DNA of 64,000 nucleotides, from assembly GCA_051362555.1 (NCBI GenBank), contig CM120640.1:50012788-50076787 (forward strand). The letters are read 5' to 3'. Both the position numbers and the translations under genes were made by a program. Positions 56,394 through 64,000 of the stretch are shown here, one piece after another. How positions within the stretch are numbered: position 1 is the first letter of the stretch; every line of letters starts with the position of its first letter. The DNA is from Lingula anatina. Taxonomy: Eukaryota; Animalia; Brachiopoda. A model generated the notes under the pieces. It saw only the letters and a list, made by a program, of their open reading frames with translations, was not told where the DNA came from and did not search any database.

Positions 56394-57046
56394 TTTAACG
56401 AAATGAAAATTATCTTAATAAATCAAAAAGAGTCAGCACATCTATTTTGCTGTGATAATCTATGACCAAACAGGCTGCTTGGTTTCAATGAACACTCAAT
56501 GTGAGCAAGCGTCACCAGTTGCTAAGGCCCCGTTGCCAGCCTCCACTTGACCTAGGCGGCCTATGCCCCTTTTGTTGTCAAACACTTGAGCTCGGCACCA
56601 ATCAGGGCAAAGCTTGGGGTTGGCATGGCGGCTACTTTGCTTTATTTCTTTTGTCAATATGCGAGAAAATTGAGCGCGCCATATCAATTGCAACTTTTGT
56701 TCTCAAATGAAAAGCAAAAGTCAATTTTGCTAATTCATCTGCACTTGCGCACTCGTTCGAGTACCTGGGCTGCATCTAAATTTGAGATTTAAACTATCTT
56801 TGGAATCATAAATTAGAAATAAAATCATCAAATATTATTCATTAATTCAAATGCTATTTTTATTTTACTTGGTATATATGTTCATCATTGATCTAATGGT
56901 GATCGACATTATTTTATCGCTCCATCCAGTTTACATTAAAATTTAGTATAAACCGTGTTGTCAAGATGTAGGACGAAGTCTTGACTGTTCTCTACCTCGT
57001 ATCCGTCCATATTTTGTTTAATTCCGTCCACGACAATATTGCCGAG
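56394..57046. promoter_or_regulatory. Putative bidirectional promoter with X-box (RFX)-like motifs
   Basis: 653 bp between divergent ATGs; GTTTCAATGAACAC (56482-56495) and GTTGCTAAGG (56518-56527) resemble RFX X-boxes; locally GC/CpG-richer. Confidence 0.5.
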
Positions 57047-60000
57047 ATGGGTAACATTAACACTAACGTTACCTCTGGTATGAAGGCTCAGGGGGACTCT
57101 AAATCCAAAAGCCTGTACAAGTATGTAGATCTGAACGGAGGTGGAGAACTTGTGGAGCTGCAGAAAGAAGCGAATAGATCCAAGCAGTTTGACAAGATAG
57201 ATGAGAAAATACGATCTGATGAGATCAAGGGATTCTTATACAATGGCGGAGATGGAATGTTGGTAGATATTAACAAGTTGATTGAATATCGAAACCGAGA
57301 TCGTGGTGGAGGAGGAATCAGAGAGAAGAAACCTGGAAAGACTGTTGGTAAGTCATCCGTTTCTGATACCGTCAGCACTGGGACAGCCGCCACTACTCTC
57401 AGCGACAACGATCTCCAGATGAATGAAATTAAAGGGAAAGAAGTTAAAGTCACAGATGATGCAGAGCAGCGAAATGGATCAGTGAAAATCAATTCTGAAG
57501 GTAAGAAGGTTAATTTTTATTTATTGAAAATGCCATTGCCATTCTTGGAACATGCAGTGTACAGTACTGTACTGTATGTGTACTGGTAGAGGTAAAAAAA
57601 ATCACATCCGTCCTTGGTGACTCTTTGGCTTCGTTCACATGGAAAGTCTATTTTCTAAAAATCTATTTTCTATTCGCAGTATCTTATGATCACGGTCTGT
57701 GCCCTGAATATCCTGCGGCGTAATTACTGGCAGCTCGAGCCAGTTACTTATACAAAGCTGTAATTAATTCTCGGCTGTGCTCGCATTCTATAAAATCTCA
57801 TCCTCCATTGCTGCATCGCTTGCCGTCGGATCATGACAGTTGCACTCGTATCTGTCGTGTGCATAGCTTCTTCATCTTCTTCGTCTTGTTGTTGCACAAA
57901 ATCGACAAACACATTTTTCAAAGCAACCGCGACCGCCATTTACTTTCTGACTTCCTACTGCGCATGCGTCAAGGTATCAGAATCTCCTCCGAGCACAGCC
58001 GAGAATTAATTACAGCTTTGGAAGTAAATGGCTCGCACTGCCAGTAATTACGCCGCGGGATATTCAGGGCACAGACCGTGATCACAAGATATACCGCGAA
58101 TAGAAAATAGATTTTTAGAAAATAGACTTTCTATTCGACCGTTTACCAAATTGTACTTATTTGAGCATTTCCTATCTATTAATTTCACTAAAACTGTTAC
58201 AACAATATGTCCAGATGTTTGGTTGTAGTCCCCCTTTCCAAATGTATATTTCATGTTCACTTTTTAGGTGCACAAAAGAAAGAAATGTGTTGGCGACTAG
58301 ATGAGCGTGGTACAGTTGGCGAATCAATATTGCATCTTTGCTTGCTAAATGCTACTTCTGTTCATGCTGATCTTGCCAAAAGACTTCTTCAAGTATATCC
58401 CAAACTTATCAATGACATTTATGTCAGTGAGGAATATTATGGTAAGTTACATCTTTACTTAAAACTTGGTTAAACCACCACATTTCCCTTATCTTAATGT
58501 TAGCCAACTTACTGTTTTGCAATTAATTTTACCTTGGTTTTTTAGAAATGGTATTCAGGAATTCAATCACAAATGCTGTTAGTACTTTTTGAGGGTTTTA
58601 ACTTACAATCAGATCAAAATTTTTTTCATTGACAGATTTTCTTGATGCAAGCTTTTGTCAGCATGATAATTTTATTGTGCATTTATATACAGAGGATCTA
58701 GGCGATCATACATTTGATAACTTAAACCTCTCCCCTTTTTAGGTGAAAATGTACTGCACATGGCAATTTCAAATGAGGACCCTGCTATGGTGAAATTTCT
58801 TTTGGACCATGGTGCAGATGTTCATGAAAGATGCTGTGGAAATTTCTTTTGTCCGGATGACCAGAAAAAAACTAGGTCAGATGTGTATGACCAGGAATGG
58901 GTGGAAGTCAGCCAGGAAACAAATTATGATGGGTAAGCAAAAAGATGATACATAAAATGACATTTCTTTGCTCTACTTAAGACATAGGGACATTGGCTTT
59001 AAAATTAAATTGAAGATAAGCCTCATAAGCTTCTAGTAGGATTAAGGTTCAATTTAGTATAAAGCACCTAAAATGTGTAATTTACTTAATCTTTAAAAAG
59101 ATGATAACTTAATATTTTCACCAGTTTATCACAGAAACATGATTGCATTAAAGAATATGCATGTTAACATGACTCCATTATATGCTTTATTTTAATACCT
59201 TGAATCAGTCATGACTTTTTTCATAGATCTTTCTATTTCTGTAGTAAAATCCCTTAGTTAAAAATGCATATGCACTCAGTCAAAAATATATATGTGTGTG
59301 TTTGTGTGTTTGTTATCACAAAACATCTTGTGTCCTTCAGTATGCTGTATTTTGGGGAGTATCCCCTGAGCTTTGCTGCCTGCCTTGGCCAAGAAGAATG
59401 TGTTAGGTTGCTTGTGGCTAAGGGAGCTGACCCAAATCTTCAGGACACGAATGGGAACACTGCTCTTCACATGATTGTTATTCATGATAGAAAGGTATGT
59501 TATTATCTAGCTAAGAGAATAAGCCATCAGTTTTGACAGCTTGGTTGGTGGTAACTTATTTGGATTGCCTAAACTTTGTGTTCACATACTGTGCATTAGA
59601 AATTTCTGGACTTGCCACTGGAACATTCTTCTGGTTTTGTTGGTTTTTATTTATTTAGATTATACATGAAAACAAAAAGCACAACTTTACAGCCATATTT
59701 TTTTTCTAAATTATGTACCTCTAAACCTATGTCTATATCTGAATGCTTTTTTTTTCAAAATAATTCCATTTTCAGTCAAATGTTGCACTGTAGTGTATAT
59801 CATAAATGATGGTAGTCAGCAAGTTTTGAACAACAACTTGCTGTTTCATGACACTGTATGATAGAATGGGAGTTTCCAAGTACAATATGAAAAAACTAGT
59901 ATGGCCATGTTTGTGTGGTACACATATTTGTTTTAACATTATCCATATCCAACGTCTGCAGACTGGTATGCTCTTAACAATGTTAACTTATTTCAACAAA

Positions 60001-63000
60001 GAGTTGAGTTGCCTCTACAGAAGATGTGAATGGCTGTGGGGAGTTTGACAGATTGGTTTCTCTAATGCACTATATTGATTTCTCACTTTTCCCTTTTTTT
60101 CTTTTGTTTCTTCACCTTACAGAACCGCCATCGTATTGGAAAGGTTGGTGTACTTACTGATATTTGTGTTTGTGCATAGAGCTTGTTCACTTATTATTGT
60201 ACAAAAATAAATATCCTTACCAAAATGTCATCATTACCCTTCCCGTGTTCAATATACCCAGTGATATGATCTAAATTATTATTTTAACTAAATATCCAAT
60301 TAAAAAAGTTAACAGTTATGGTTTGAGTGGGGTTAGATATTGTACCCTAATATAAGACCCTTTTCTGTAGTAACTGTTCACATATTTGTAAGTATTAATA
60401 AATGATAAAGAAAAAACTTTGTCCTGTCTGATATTTGTTTTTTAAAGTTGTTTATTCCAACTTAAGTGTTGTGTAATTTGGAAATACTAACCGACTACAT
60501 ATTGCTTGATTTCCATATATCCAGTGCAGCTCTCAGGTGGGAATGATCATCAAAGAGTGTTTACCAATATGCCTTTTGCAAAAATACAATTCTTGTAATG
60601 CTCACACTTGCTCTTGTTGAGGCTAGCTCAGATCTATGTATTAGTGTTATCCATCGTTTTTTTGTGCTTGTTGAACTTGGCTAGTACATGTGTTTAGATG
60701 TGTATACAGTAAAGCATTTTCCATAGGAGACTATATTGATTATTGCATGATGAATTATGCCAATGCTTCTGCACACTTGAGCTGTCTTTTTAATAAGGAG
60801 TGATTCAAAGTGACAATTGCAACTGTGAATATGATAATTTAGAAAAGCTTTCTTGTGTGCTTTATTGATTAGATAGTAGGATTGAATTGCTGGCAGAAAA
60901 AACATGCATGGACACAGACATTCATGCACACACACACACACACACACACACAGAGGTGGATCTGGGGGGGGGGGGGGGGGGGAGACAAGTCCACCCTGTT
61001 TACCTAACTAAAATTTGGTTTTAGTCTGTATTCTATATTTCTAAAAGGAGAGGTTATATCCATCTTTTGGGACAGAGTGTTCTAAATTGTTGAGACAAGG
61101 GTTATATTGCATGGAGGGAGTGATAAAGGCCCCCCAGTCTTGATTTCCTAGATCTGCCATTTCATATCAGTTATGAGATTTGGGCTTTATTTTATGCAAT
61201 TTTGTATAGTAGCCTACACTTTTTTTCAAATATCTGAGAGGCACATTTTCAATTTGATGAAATTTTAGATAGGCCGTATTCACATCGAGTTGAGCCATGG
61301 CTCTACAAAGCCACGACCTAAATATGGCGGACATACATGAAAAGAAAACCGCCTAATCTTTTAACAGTCTCTGCCTCTCACACGCCTCCCCATGTGTCGT
61401 CCCTGCAGGGGTACAGTCATTAAATCTGGGTCCATTGGGATGACACATGGGGAGGCGTGTGAAGGCGGAGAGACTATTAAAAGATTAGGCAGTTTTCCTT
61501 TCATGTACGTCTGCCATATTTAGGTCGTGGCTTTGTAGAGCCATGGCTCAACTCGATGTGAATGCAGCCATAGTTAACATAAGTTACTTTTAAACTTTCC
61601 TGCATATCTTAAAATGTGTTAACTTTATTGTAAGGTAAATTTTTTTGCAAACAAAATCCATTGCAAATGACACTTGGGTTAAATTTGAGCATTGTTATTT
61701 CTTGTTTACAGTAATATGTTTATTTATTTTTTTTTTTTAGAAACTTGTTCTTATCAATATGTGCATGTAATGGACATTTAAAAATGTTAGGTGTAAGCAG
61801 ATTTTCATATTCTGTAGTAGTATGTTCAGTGAGCATGACTAATATGATTATTTGCATGAATTATTGACAAAAAATTGTAGTCTAGTAAATTCTGGGACGT
61901 AATACCTACAAAATATGTGACTCTATGTATGTACGTATGTATGCATGCATGCATGTTTGTGTGTAAATTTATAAAAAAAATGAGGCCACTGACCATTGAT
62001 CTGATCACAAAACCTGAATTTAACCCAAAGAAAATGAAGCATGTTGAAGGAAATCATCTGTTAGAAGTGATGTTACAATTTCACTCCAATCAAATTCTGA
62101 TTGAGTGTTCATTATCTTATGAACCCTCATTAGCCAACCAGGAAGGCAAAAAACCATTACAAGCAATGCTATTTCTCTATCATTAGCTCTTGAAAGATTG
62201 ATATTCTAATAAAAAATGTACAGTTCAGAAAGCTACTGGTTTCTAGAAGTATATGTAAAGGTATTAAAACTAATAGATGTTATGCATCTTTTAAGGATAA
62301 GTAATGGTTTCAGTATGGAAAGTGTTATATATATGTAATAGTTGTAATTAGAATAGTTCCAGACCATCCAGCTAGTTCTGTAAGATTTTAATCCTACAGC
62401 CCTGAAGGCATATTAATATTTTTTCTGCCAAGTGTCATTATCTTCAACCTGGGCAAGCAGTTTAAGCAACTGGGCAAGATAAAGACATCATTGTATCAGG
62501 CTGCTCAGGCATCAAACTGCCTAATGGTATTTGGATTTTTTTTCAGTTTATTTTGGTAATTTTTGTCATATTTGTCATGCATGCTTTATAAGATCCCCAT
62601 TTTCTGGGATAAGATATCAAGGTGGACTACGTTTGTTTATATTGTATTTTGATTTCTTTTTAATTTCAGGATATGTTCGATCTGTTATATAATTTGAAAG
62701 ATAAGAATAAAAACAGAATAGCAGAACTTCATATTAAAAACAACCAGGGACTGACCCCTCTTACTCTGGCTGCAAGACTATCAAGAAAAGATGTAAGTGA
62801 AGAAACCCTATTAACATAAAAAATTTTCAGCAGTTATACTAAAAAATAATGGCAGTTATTTAGTTCCAAGGATCTTGTACCAGTACATAGCATCAGCAAT
62901 GATTCTGACTTTTAGCCCATAAGTTTTTGCCCATATGTTTTGTGTGTTTTAGCATGTTCACATGTGAAAAACTACTGCTAAAGGCAATCATTTGGAAAAG

Positions 63001-64000
63001 AATTAACCTTTTGCAAAAAGTGGTATCATACTTGTTCCAATATCATACTCCCTTTAACACAGAAGACTGGGTTCCTTATTTCCCAACACTGCTTCTCACT
63101 CCAGAGGGAAAAGAGTGCAGCCAAATTTGAGGTTGAAATAAAAGTATAATGTTGAACTGACCAGTTGTAGCCAAAAAAAGTAAAGGGACAGAGTTTACTA
63201 GCATACCCCACTCCAAATGTGCCAAATGTTATTGAAAATTATGTTAACTTTTTGTTTTTCCCAAAACATGATACCAATTTCTCTTTACAGATGTATGAAC
63301 ACATTCTGGAGATAGAGCGTGAAGTCTACTGGATGTATGGCAATGTGACATGTGCAAACTACCCACTACAGGACATAGACACTATTGCACCTGATGGCAG
63401 AATCAACCCCAGATCTGTGTTGCGTGAAGTTGTGTATGGGGTGAGGAGCAAAGAATAGCAATATTTCAATATTTTTGTATTATGACTTGCCTAGAGAGGT
63501 GCATTCATCTGCTATAGATATCATACCTTAGATCAGGTCAGTTTAAAATATCTAATGGAGAAATGTGGCAATTTTTAGTCATTTTTTTTGAGACTTAAAC
63601 TTTAAGATGGTTTTAGCATAAAGGAATGGAAGAAAATTATGGTTTTATTTTTAGAAACTTCCTGGTCATATTGATATGATGGATGGAGTTGTAGCAAACT
63701 TACTGGATGAGAAATGGAAAACTTTTGCGAGATACAGGTAAAAATATTTGATAAAATCATTAACTTACATTTTTCAGACAACAGGTTGTTTTAAATTTAT
63801 TTTCAGTGGTATTTCAGTCAAAGAGTGTTAAATCAGTCAAAGAGTTCTCACATTTTTTCATGGAATTTTGCCATAAGTAATTAATGCATTTTTTCTGCTA
63901 ATAGAGTTTTTTATAATACCAGGTTCTACCGCCGATTCCTGATGTTTTTCTTGTATTACGCGATTTTGGTGGTGGCCTTCATGCTGCGTCCAGGGGCAGA
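57047..64000 (+). CDS. nan: Nanchung/OCR-type TRPV channel (5' part, truncated by window end)
   Basis: Exons 57047-57500, 58268-58441, 58743-58932, 59341-59494, 62670-62792, 63291-63440, 63655-63737, 63923->64000. [85 protein letters not shown] match insect Nanchung. Confidence 0.92.
57627..58131. mobile_element. Long-TIR fold-back element in nan intron 1
   Basis: ~140-bp inverted arms (GAAAGTCTATTTTCTAAAAATC...GGCTGTGCTCG and CGAGCACAGCC...AAAATAGACTTTC). The left end GGCTTCGTTCACAT is Harbinger-like; the matching right tip is missing. Confidence 0.85.
60926..60952. repeat. (CA)n microsatellite followed by a poly-G tract
   Basis: Direct observation. Confidence 0.9.
61272..61569. mobile_element. 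Palindromic PIF/Harbinger-like MITE, copy B
   Basis: Near-perfect fold-back GGCCGTATTCACATCGAGTTGAGCCATGGCTCTACAAAGCCACGACCTAAATATGGC... with a 3-bp ATA duplication on both flanks (61269-71, 61570-72). Confidence 0.88.

Noticed and set aside
57748-58260. Short ORFs including an acidic QQQDEEDEE stretch
   Set aside because: They lie within the fold-back element and show no transposase motifs.
60951-61160. Possible hAT-like MITE (CAGAGGTGGATCT ... AGATCTGCCA)
   Set aside because: TIR match too short and degenerate, and no TSD seen.
16344-64000. Two TRP channels in one window as a functional cluster
   Set aside because: Different subfamilies ~37 kb apart, separated by four unrelated genes; no evidence beyond coincidence.
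1-64000. tRNA, rRNA, CRISPR arrays or autonomous transposase/RT genes
   Set aside because: None recognisable by eye; a covariance-model search was not possible.

Overview
AT-rich, intron-containing animal genomic DNA; the gene content suggests a lophotrochozoan, probably a mollusc (inference). Eight protein-coding genes can be spliced together by eye from GT-AG exons, in order: HOPX (+; missed by the ORF track), CCDC142 (+), an unusual two-exon TRPA-family channel (-), NHLRC2 (-), a TspanC8 tetraspanin (+), an SLC7 LAT/y+LAT light chain (-), a FAM166/CIMIP2 ciliary microtubule inner protein (-) and a nanchung-type TRPV channel (+, runs off the window end). Non-coding DNA carries several non-autonomous DNA transposons (Helentron/DINE-like x3, PIF/Harbinger-like fold-backs, hAT-like, Kolobok-like), small tandem duplications and microsatellites. 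The most striking item is the TRPA-like channel: N-terminal PLAT/LH2 domain, about 10 ankyrin repeats, a canonical EF-hand pair inserted in the coupling-domain loop, then the 6-TM TRPA pore. It appears to lack TRPA1's electrophile-sensing cysteines but keeps the S2-S3 Ca2+-site residues, suggesting a Ca2+/lipid-gated TRPA variant with an architecture I do not recognise. Protein comparisons are from memory and by eye, not from database searches.
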